Below, piece by piece: positions 19,669 to 27,208 of a DNA stretch of 44,442 nucleotides; the stretch's first letter is position 1, and each line of letters begins with the position of its first letter. The stretch is taken from the NCBI GenBank assembly GCA_040225955.1, contig JBECUL010000015.1:1-44442 (forward strand), read 5' to 3'. A model generated the notes under the pieces. It searched no databases. It saw only the letters and a list, made by a program, of their open reading frames with translations, and was not told the DNA's origin. This DNA is from Candidatus Asgardarchaeum abyssi (GTDB lineage Archaea > Asgardarchaeota > Asgardarchaeia > Asgardarchaeales > Asgardarchaeaceae). The translations under genes were made by a program, and so were the position numbers.

Positions 19669-20883
19669 TTAGGATACAAGTTCATCAAATGTATAAATTT
19701 TTATATCTATAGGTTGCTTTGTAAAATTACCTTTTCTAGCTGCAATTATATAACTTATTTTTTTACCAAAGGCTATATCGAGTAATCTTTGAGTAATTAC
19801 ACCATCGAAAACCAACGCGTATCCTTCATCAATGGACTTTAAAGTTTCTAATATAGAATTAGTTGCTGTTTTTTTAATCTCTTTAAAGTTTTTATCCAAA
19901 ATTACACCTTCATTCGTTCCACGAACTGCCTGAGCATAGTCAAGTAGTTCTTCTGGAATCAATTCTAGGTTATTAGCTTTACTTATAGTAATAGTTGAAC
20001 CTATTTTTTGCAGCTCACCTCGTTCCATATGTAATTCTTCTGATGGAGTTATTGCCTTAAGTGAGCCTAACTGCTCGATTGGAATTTTATTCTGAAGAGC
20101 TTTAACTATTTCTTTATGCGTTAGTTCTTCAACCTCTTTCCCTGGAGGCGCCCTAGCTACATAATCTATATCAGCAACTTGTAATAACTCACGAAGAATC
20201 AATTCACCACCACGATCTCCATCAACAAATGCGATGGTTGTTTTGTTTCTACTCAACTCTATGATTGTTTTTGGTATGCTTGTTCCCTCCACTGCAATAA
20301 CGTTTGTAAAGCCATGTTTTAGCATATTTAGTACGTCAGCTCTTCCTTCTACTATTATTATAGTATCTGATTTATCAATATTTGGTCCAGCAGGCAAGCC
20401 CTCTTCGCCGTATTTGGTAATTTGCGTTGTTTGAAATGCTTTTAACACAGCTTCAGTAATTTCTTGTGATTCAGGAATCATCTCAGTTGTCCATTGTTTT
20501 AATATCTCTACTGCACGGTGTATCACCTTTTTTCGCTTAGCCTCACGCATGTCCTCAATTTTCTCTATAGTAACTCTAGCACTACATGGCCCAACACGAT
20601 CAACAGTTTCAAGAACCGCGGCCAAAATTGCAGTTTCAACGATTCCTAAACTTGATGGTATAACGATTATTCCTGTAGAACGCCCACTCTTAGAGGTTAC
20701 TTGAACGTGTATCCTTCCGATTCTTCCAGTTTTTTGGAGCTCACGTAAATCCAGTTCTCTGCCTAGTAACCCTTCAGTTTGTCCAAATATAGCTCCTACA
20801 ACATCTGGTTTATCAACAACACCATCAACTTCTATTCTTGCACGAATTAAATATTTAGTAGTTGAGTTATCACGAGTAACCAT
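19669..20883 (-). CDS. dnaG: Archaeal DnaG (exosome-associated primase-like protein)
   Basis: DVVGAIFGQTEGLLG, LRELQKTGRIGRI, toprim VEGRADV and DGDRGG. GAGGTG SD precedes the ATG at 20883. Confidence 0.97.
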   Translation of the reverse strand: MVTRDNSTTKYLIRARIEVDGVVDKPDVVGAIFGQTEGLLGRELDLRELQKTGRIGRIHVQVTSKSGRSTGIIVIPSSLGIVETAILAAVLETVDRVGPCSARVTIEKIEDMREAKRKKVIHRAVEILKQWTTEMIPESQEITEAVLKAFQTTQITKYGEEGLPAGPNIDKSDTIIIVEGRADVLNMLKHGFTNVIAVEGTSIPKTIIELSRNKTTIAFVDGDRGGELILRELLQVADIDYVARAPPGKEVEELTHKEIVKALQNKIPIEQLGSLKAITPSEELHMERGELQKIGSTITISKANNLELIPEELLDYAQAVRGTNEGVILDKNFKEIKKTATNSILETLKSIDEGYALVFDGVITQRLLDIAFGKKISYIIAARKGNFTKQPIDIKIYTFDELVS

Positions 20884-20936
20884 GAGTAAACACCTCATTA
20901 ATTTTATTTTTAAGATCATTGACCATTACTTTTAGA

Positions 20937-21320
20937 TTAATAACAAAACACTTTCTTGAACCCTTCTATCGTAACAGATTGTTTTTTCATAAGTCTTATT
21001 ATACGTTTTCTTAATGATGATTGAAGGCTTACATTTCTTTGAGAGAGAAGCGAAGCTAATTTTTTTGCTATCCTCTTTCCCTCATCATCAAAATCTGTTA
21101 AGATTAAAAATTTTTTGGATTTTTTAGATACATACTCAATAAATTCAACTAATGAACATTTATTATTTCTCACGATTTCTTTAACGGGATATATATTTGT
21201 ATTTATGCCAATTTCTCTCAAAGCTAAAACATCATTTCTCCCTTCAACAATTATTGATATATTTTCTTGATTTATCATCAAAACTAAATTTCTTATTTCA
21301 TCAACTTTATCAATTTTCAT
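20937..21320 (-). CDS. Small Toprim-domain protein (RNase M5-like)
   Basis: IIVEGRNDVLAL...ILTDFDDEG. The real start is probably MKIDK at 21320, because the longer start falls inside the ncRNA. Confidence 0.88.
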   Translation of the reverse strand: MKIDKVDEIRNLVLMINQENISIIVEGRNDVLALREIGINTNIYPVKEIVRNNKCSLVEFIEYVSKKSKKFLILTDFDDEGKRIAKKLASLLSQRNVSLQSSLRKRIIRLMKKQSVTIEGFKKVFCY

Positions 21321-21339
21321 GCCAGTTCGCCTTTTTGAA

Positions 21340-21626
21340 TAGATGGGCGGGGTGTCGCCACGTACTAACACACCACTTCATTGGTTGGCATCGCCGTCCT
21401 CTGTGGGCTCTTAAATACGTGGCTATATACCCCCGCCCAGATATACTCGGCCTGTCCCGCATTTGGGTTGGCCCCTCATTCATCTCACGGACTAAGTCCG
21501 TTGAATCATGAAGAAGCCCGTCAATGCGGATTTCGGCCGAGTTGCTCCGATGGACCCTCTAGGTTGCCCCGGTTCTCATGATTTTCGAACCGGTCCTCGA
21601 CTAGAGGAATGCTCATCATCGCATCT
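21340..21626 (-). ncRNA. Three-hairpin box H/ACA guide RNA (predicted)
   Basis: GC-rich island with three stem-pocket-stem hairpins. Hairpin 1 has a K-loop (C-GA-AAAUC-AUGA-G) and hairpin 3 a K-turn (CCAC-A-GA...AAU-GA-A-GUGG). CCA, ACA and ACA boxes lie 14-15 nt from the pockets. An upstream TATA box is present. Confidence 0.8.
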
Positions 21627-21650
21627 ATATATAGTATTATTAAAGTGTAG

Positions 21651-21666
21651 TTAAAAATTTTGTTTT
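21651..21666 (-). promoter_or_regulatory. BRE/TATA promoter of the H/ACA RNA (and possibly toprim-dnaG)
   Basis: Minus strand reads AAAACAAAA then TTTTTAA, about 25 nt upstream of the RNA 5' end. Confidence 0.5.
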
Positions 21667-21716
21667 AGTGAACTTATTAATGATATAACTAATTAATAAA
21701 TGAAATCATTGTTTAT

Positions 21717-21989
21717 TCAGAGGAAAAGCAAATTATACAGAATTATCCAAAATAACAGAAACGCTATATAATATGTAAAAGATCCAGATATAAACATTTT
21801 TACCTCATTATTATCAAAATCAGATGGAGAAACCTTCAGTAAGAACTTAGCTATATAGTGAGTTATAAAGAGAAAGGCAAGCCCAAATAGTAGACCCATC
21901 CAATCGACAAGATTAAAATATATTGTTATTAAAGCTGCAACAAATGCCATAAATAATTTAAACCAATATAATTTATCTTGTGGTGTCAT
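21717..21989 (-). CDS. EMC6/RAB5IF (OPTI)-like 3-TM membrane protein
   Basis: DKLYWFK...MG...SGSFTYYIAFLLFWIILYN follows the Rab5ip/EMC6 pattern. GGAGGT SD precedes the ATG at 21989. Confidence 0.75.
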   Translation of the reverse strand: MTPQDKLYWFKLFMAFVAALITIYFNLVDWMGLLFGLAFLFITHYIAKFLLKVSPSDFDNNEVKMFISGSFTYYIAFLLFWIILYNLLFL

Positions 21990-21993
21990 AATT

Positions 21994-24108
21994 ATGACCT
22001 CCAAAGGTGGGTACAGTTCAATCAAAAATACATTATCAAATATTGATATATTTGCTATAAAATTTGAGTTAAAAAAGTTATTGATAGATGGGTACATTGA
22101 TAATATATATCATATTGAAAAAGAAACTTTTGTTTTTAAAATAAGAGGAAAAGAGAAAACTTATGAGCTGATATATGAAAATGGTGTAAGATTGCATATA
22201 ACAAATTATGAAATTAAGAAACCTAAAGAACCTACGGCTTTCTGTAAGATGCTTAGAGCTTTTATAAGAAATTCAAAGCTAATAGATATTGAGCAAAAAG
22301 ATTTAGATCGGATTTTGATCTTTCATTTAAGTACAAAAAAAGGTTTAATGAAATTAATTTTTGAACTTTTTAGTTTTGGAAATATGATCCTTGTTGATGA
22401 AAATAATACTATTAGATTAACTTTGAAAAAAAGAAAAATGAAAGATAGGAATATAAGAATTGGAGAAAAATATGAATTCCCTCCAAGTAAAGAATATAAC
22501 ATATTGGACATAAATTTAGAAAATCTGAAACTTTTTCTGGATGATATGCGCAATGAAAGAATAGTTAGGGTGCTCTTAAATTTAAATTTAGGGCCTGAGT
22601 ATATAAATGAGCTTCTATATAGGTGCAAAATGGATGCAAAAGAAAAAGTGGAAGACTTATCTGATACGAAAATCAATTGTTTATTAGAAACCATTATGTG
22701 GCTGAGAAGTGTGTTGCTGAATTGCGATTTTAAACCAATTGTTTATGTTGATGACAATAAGCCTATGCATTTTGCTCCATTGGAATTATTAACTTTTGAC
22801 AAATATGAGAAGAAATATTTTAATACATTCAACGATGCTGTTGATTTTTATTTCTCTAATAGGACGATAGATATTGCGGTTTTTAAAATTAAGGAAGAAA
22901 TTGAAAAAGAAATGCAGAAAATTAGCACTATTATTAATGAGCAAAAAAAACTTTTAGATAAGTATAACGATGAACGAGAAAATTACGAGAGAAAAGGCCA
23001 ACTCATCTATAAATATTATCCGATATTAGAAAAAATGAATGAATCCATTTTAAATGGGATAAGAAAGGGATTTAGTAAAGAAATAGTAAAGCAAAAGGTT
23101 AATGAATTCTTTAACAGGAAAGGAATTCCAATCAAAATTACGAAGTTTGATAAATCACAACCAGTAGTTCGTTTGGTAATAGAAGGAAATGAAATATCAT
23201 TAAATTTTAGGGATAAGATTAGTAAAGCTGCATCACTCTTTTTCGAAAAAGCAAAGAAGATCGAGAAAAAAATTGAAGGTGTAAAGGAAACGATAGAGAA
23301 ATATAATAAAAAACTGGAAGAGTTAGAGAAAGACAGAGTTGAGAGAATCGAAAAAGAGAAATTGGCAAAGGTAACTATAAGGCGGGTGAAAAGCTGGTTT
23401 CATAAGTTTAGATGGTTTTTATCTTCTTCAGGAATTTTAGTAGTAGGAGGAAGAGATGCAAAGACGAATGAAATACTTGTTAAAAAATATATGGGAAAAG
23501 AGGATATTTTCATGCATGCGGATATTCATGGTGCGCCAGTTGTGATTATTAAAAAGGAAAAGGAAAAAGAAATTGATGAAAGTACTATAATTGAGGCTGC
23601 TCAATTTGCTGCATCGTATTCTAAAGCATGGAAAGCAGGACTTGGTTCTGTTGATGTTTTTTGGGTATCATCTTCCCAAGTGAGTTTTACACCACCTTCT
23701 GGTGAATATGTTGCAAAAGGGGCATTTATTATTAAGGGGAATAGAAACTATATAAAGAACGTTCCTCTTGAAATATCAATTGGAATTATACTAGGAAAAA
23801 ATACATTAGAAAATAACAAAAAAGAAGAACATAAGATAAGGGAGATTGAGATCATTTGTGGTCCAACAAATTCAGTGAAAAAAAGAGCTGACATATTTTG
23901 TATATTAATACCAGGAGATTTACCGAAAGGAAAAATTGCAAAAAAGATAAAAGAGTTCTTTGAAACAGAGCTCTATCAAAGAGGAATCATAGCTGCAATA
24001 GACGAGGATGATATAATAAATTTACTACCTCCTGGGTCGTCACGTATTGTTAGTTGTAATGTAGAATTTAAAAAAGATCGAGGTGATGTTGTTGAAAAAA
24101 ATAGCTGA
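21994..24108 (+). CDS. rqcH: Ribosome quality control protein Rqc2/NEMF (NFACT family)
   Basis: PTAFCKMLR, DRIL, ELFSFGNMIL, WFHKFRWF, GGRDAKTNE, HADIHGAP, GAFIIKG. Confidence 0.93.
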   Translation: MTSKGGYSSIKNTLSNIDIFAIKFELKKLLIDGYIDNIYHIEKETFVFKIRGKEKTYELIYENGVRLHITNYEIKKPKEPTAFCKMLRAFIRNSKLIDIEQKDLDRILIFHLSTKKGLMKLIFELFSFGNMILVDENNTIRLTLKKRKMKDRNIRIGEKYEFPPSKEYNILDINLENLKLFLDDMRNERIVRVLLNLNLGPEYINELLYRCKMDAKEKVEDLSDTKINCLLETIMWLRSVLLNCDFKPIVYVDDNKPMHFAPLELLTFDKYEKKYFNTFNDAVDFYFSNRTIDIAVFKIKEEIEKEMQKISTIINEQKKLLDKYNDERENYERKGQLIYKYYPILEKMNESILNGIRKGFSKEIVKQKVNEFFNRKGIPIKITKFDKSQPVVRLVIEGNEISLNFRDKISKAASLFFEKAKKIEKKIEGVKETIEKYNKKLEELEKDRVERIEKEKLAKVTIRRVKSWFHKFRWFLSSSGILVVGGRDAKTNEILVKKYMGKEDIFMHADIHGAPVVIIKKEKEKEIDESTIIEAAQFAASYSKAWKAGLGSVDVFWVSSSQVSFTPPSGEYVAKGAFIIKGNRNYIKNVPLEISIGIILGKNTLENNKKEEHKIREIEIICGPTNSVKKRADIFCILIPGDLPKGKIAKKIKEFFETELYQRGIIAAIDEDDIINLLPPGSSRIVSCNVEFKKDRGDVVEKNS

Positions 24109-24904
24109 TATTATGACTAAAAATGTTATAAAGGTAAATAAGAGTGAAAGATTATCTTATGCTATAGAAATAATGGAAAAGAATAAAATTTCAAGGCTTA
24201 TAGTTGTTGATGATAAGGATAATATTGTAGGCATCCTTACTGAAAAAGACATAATGGATAGACTTGGTGCTGCTCGCACGAGAAGACTTCCACCATCTAG
24301 ATTATCCGTTTCGTCTGTAATGAGCGAAGATATATATACTATTACTGCTGATACTTCTATTTTAGATGCTATAAATTTGATGGTAGATAAGAGGATAGGA
24401 ACGTTACCAGTTGTAGAAAATTCTAAATTAATAGGATTGGTCACCAAATCAAATATTATATCTTTGTTTAAAGATTATTTAGAACCCACAGCTAAGGAAA
24501 TTTTGGATGAATTAGTAAAAAAGATAACACCAGACTATAGATTAATAGCTGCACGTCAAGTTATGCTGGAAGGGGATTTAGAATATTTAATAGTGGTATT
24601 GGATGATAAACCATTAGGAGTTATAACAGAGAAAGATATCGCACGAGCCTATACCAGACTTAGATTTAATGAGAATATAAGACATCTTGGTGAAATATTA
24701 AATAGAATATATGTAAGAGACATCCTAGTTCCAATAAAGGCAATAACCATCGATACGACACTTGGAAAAACCATACGTCTGTTGCTAAATAAAAAACTTA
24801 AGGCCGTACCAGTAGTTGATAATTCAGGCAAATTAATAGGTGGGATTAGTAGAAGTGGAATAATTAAAGCAGTCGCAGCTGGAAAAATCAAACTACCAGA
24901 GTAA
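24083..24904 (+). CDS. CBS-domain protein (two CBS pairs)
   Basis: IADIMTKNV, GILTEKDI, LPVVE, GVITEKDI, VPVVD. Confidence 0.9.
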   Translation: MMLLKKIADIMTKNVIKVNKSERLSYAIEIMEKNKISRLIVVDDKDNIVGILTEKDIMDRLGAARTRRLPPSRLSVSSVMSEDIYTITADTSILDAINLMVDKRIGTLPVVENSKLIGLVTKSNIISLFKDYLEPTAKEILDELVKKITPDYRLIAARQVMLEGDLEYLIVVLDDKPLGVITEKDIARAYTRLRFNENIRHLGEILNRIYVRDILVPIKAITIDTTLGKTIRLLLNKKLKAVPVVDNSGKLIGGISRSGIIKAVAAGKIKLPE

Positions 24905-24942
24905 GCTTCACAATCTTAAGATAGTCGTAGACATGGGGGTAT

Positions 24943-25395
24943 ATGATGTATATAAGTATTAAAGTTAGAGCCGAAGTAAAGAAAACAGAGGACTTAGATA
25001 AGGTCTTATTTGCGATTTCAAATTTGATAACCTTTGATAAGAACGATGTAAAGGTGAAAGAAGAAGGGGAGAGAATAATCATTCAAATAGAAACTAAAAA
25101 TATTAATGCTCTAGAGCCGCTACATAATCTAATAAGACAGGACAGAGTTATAGATGCTGTTGCAAAAGCTTTGAAACGAAACAGAGTTGGTAATATAACT
25201 ACACTTTACTTAAATAGAGAAGCAGCATATATGAAACATATAAACCTTTATTCTCCTGATAGTGATTTATTTCAACCGATTGAAATAGTAATAGCAAGTG
25301 AGAATTTAGATAAAATTTTAGATTGGTTGGTCCCCCCTACTAAAGAAGGTAAACCTTTATTTGAATTAAAAATAGATGATTTAAAAAATAGCTAA
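24943..25395 (+). CDS. DUF54/UPF0201 putative RNA-binding protein
   Basis: TEDLDKVLFAISNL, IRQDRVIDA, LNREAAY, WLVPPTKEGKP. Confidence 0.85.
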   Translation: MMYISIKVRAEVKKTEDLDKVLFAISNLITFDKNDVKVKEEGERIIIQIETKNINALEPLHNLIRQDRVIDAVAKALKRNRVGNITTLYLNREAAYMKHINLYSPDSDLFQPIEIVIASENLDKILDWLVPPTKEGKPLFELKIDDLKNS

Positions 25396-25428
25396 CTTTA
25401 TAGAGAGAATACAATAAGGGATACAGGG

Positions 25429-26517
25429 ATGGTTTTTTCTGAAAAGGAGTCTAAAGATTTATTTTTTGCACATCTTGTAGGAGGTTATCAAGAGTTAGCT
25501 ATTGCAGAAATAAAAAGTTTATTCGAAATGATGAATAGCGAGTTTTCTATCAAAGGTATTATGGATCAAATTTTATTGCTAGAATCCTGTAGGAATGCTA
25601 TATTTAAGATAGCTAGAAGAGCTTGTTTATGTCACGGAATATACGAAAACATAGCGGTTATTGATATAAGTGCAGAAATACTAAATAATTTTTCAGAGTT
25701 ATTTCCTGAGATCATTAAAACTTTAGACTGGAAAGAAGTTATTAAGCAAGCAAAAACATTTTCAGTAAATGTCATTAGAATAAAAAGATATTTAGAATCT
25801 ATTAAAAATATGGATATAGTAAATGCTATTGGAAATTTCATTAAAAATTCGCTAAAGGTAAAAGTAAGTATAGAAAAACCAGATGTTAAAATTGTCGCTT
25901 TTTTAACGGAGAATAAGATTATTCTAGGAAAATTTTTAACCTCATGCGCTCGGAAAGATGTTTTAACGAGGGAACCGTCACATAGACCCGTAATTCACCC
26001 AGCTACCATGAATGCCATTCACTCTCGGATATTAATTAACTTAGCACAAGTAAGGGAGGGGGATATAGTACTAGATCCGTTTTGTGGTGTAGGGGGGATA
26101 ATGATTGAAGGATGTATTGTTGGCGCTTATATGCTTGGCATGGATTTAAATCCTAAAGTTTTAAGGGGTGCTCAAAAGAATTTGTTATATTTTGGGTGTA
26201 ATAACTATACACTAATAAGAGGAAATGCTAAGCACTTTCCAATACCTTTAGAGAGTATAGATGCTATAGTGACGGACCCTCCATATGGTAGAACTAGTAG
26301 TACGTATAAGTATAAATTAGAAGATTTACTAGAAGCCTTTTTAGATAACTCAGCAGACGTTCTTAAAAAAGGGAAAATTATAGCATTTGCTATACCCAGT
26401 ACTGTTACCATGATGAAAAAACTATCTTTACCTAAAAATTTTGAGCTTATTTTTAGTTCTGAGGTATGCATGCATAAGACATTAACAAGAAGATTTATTG
26501 CCCTTAGGAAAAAGTAG
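25429..26517 (+). CDS. trm11: tRNA (guanine(10)-N2)-methyltransferase Trm11/TrmG10 (THUMP + methyltransferase)
   Basis: THUMP-like N-terminal half, then RPVIHPATM, LDPFCGVGG, TDPPYGR, MHKTLTR. Confidence 0.9.
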   Translation: MVFSEKESKDLFFAHLVGGYQELAIAEIKSLFEMMNSEFSIKGIMDQILLLESCRNAIFKIARRACLCHGIYENIAVIDISAEILNNFSELFPEIIKTLDWKEVIKQAKTFSVNVIRIKRYLESIKNMDIVNAIGNFIKNSLKVKVSIEKPDVKIVAFLTENKIILGKFLTSCARKDVLTREPSHRPVIHPATMNAIHSRILINLAQVREGDIVLDPFCGVGGIMIEGCIVGAYMLGMDLNPKVLRGAQKNLLYFGCNNYTLIRGNAKHFPIPLESIDAIVTDPPYGRTSSTYKYKLEDLLEAFLDNSADVLKKGKIIAFAIPSTVTMMKKLSLPKNFELIFSSEVCMHKTLTRRFIALRKK

Positions 26518-26528
26518 TTAAAAAGTGA

Positions 26529-26631
26529 TGCCCCGGCCGGGCTTCGATCCCGGGTCGACGGGGCTTACTCCGGTAGCGCATAGCACTACCGTGAAAGCCC
26601 GTTATGCTTGACCTGGCTACACCACCGGGGC
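26529..26631 (-). tRNA. tRNA-Glu(TTC) with ~28-nt intron (about 26564-26591)
   Basis: Acceptor GCCCCGG/CCGGGGC-A, anticodon stem ACGGG/CCCGT, loop CT-TTC-A, intron hairpin CGGTAG/CTACCG, T stem CCGGG/CCCGG. Confidence 0.85.
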
Positions 26632-26645
26632 GCGTAGAAAATGGA

Positions 26646-26719
26646 TGGGCCCGGTGGGATTCGAACCCACGACCACGAGGTTATGAGCCTCGCGCTCTAA
26701 CCAGCTGAGCTACGGGCCC
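26646..26719 (-). tRNA. tRNA-Ile2(CAT) (agmatidine-type); elongator Met less likely
   Basis: GGGCCCGTAGCTCAG...CGAGG-CTCATAA-CCTCG...GGTTCGAATCCC...CGGGCCCA. The acceptor stem is Ile-type. Confidence 0.9.
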
Positions 26720-26986
26720 TATTTAGTACTATCAGACATATCATATCTAAGATTTTTCTAATAAATTTCATTTTTAAGCATTTTGGTTCTTATACTTATT
26801 GTTTATATAATTTTTATTCTTCAAAATGGCTATGTTATAGTGTTAACTATTAAAGGGTTTCTATTAAGTAAATAAAAACTTTATTATAATTTAGAGCTTA
26901 TTTTTGATATTCTCTTATCTTTAAGGTTATTAGAGATAGCTAATTTTATTAACTATTTTAACAAATTTGTACCAAGGCTGAGAGTC

Positions 26987-27205
26987 ATGTCTGAAAAAGT
27001 TTGTCCAGAATGCGGAGGAATAATGAGGTATGATAGAAATCTAAAGATTTACATTTGCCAAAATTGCGGATTAACTGCAACATTGAAAGAATTGGATGAA
27101 CTTATACATAAATTCCGAAAAGAAATAAATCTAAAGGATGAAGAAGATAAATCAAAGAAAAGGAAAGAATATTTAAAGTGGTGGCTTTCAAGGGAGAAAG
27201 GGTAA
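26987..27205 (+). CDS. Small zinc-ribbon protein
   Basis: CPECGG...CQNCG with a basic C-terminal EYLKWWL. Confidence 0.8.
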   Translation: MSEKVCPECGGIMRYDRNLKIYICQNCGLTATLKELDELIHKFRKEINLKDEEDKSKKRKEYLKWWLSREKG

Positions 27206-27208
27206 GAA

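Noticed and set aside
21197-21581. ORFs 21197-21511 (+) and 21381-21581 (-), and the toprim N-terminal extension to 21371
   Set aside because: They are by-products of GC-rich structured RNA and have atypical amino-acid composition.
21340-21626. SRP RNA or RNase P RNA as the identity of the GC-rich island
   Set aside because: There is no SRP helix 8 with a GNRA loop and no Alu UGUNR domain, and no RNase P P4 pair (GAGGAAnnUC with ACAGAAnnnnGCUUA) on either strand. H/ACA features explain the fold.
26529-26631. tRNA-Sec call
   Set aside because: It has a 7-bp acceptor stem, a short variable loop and a Glu-type body, with no Sec-specific long arms.
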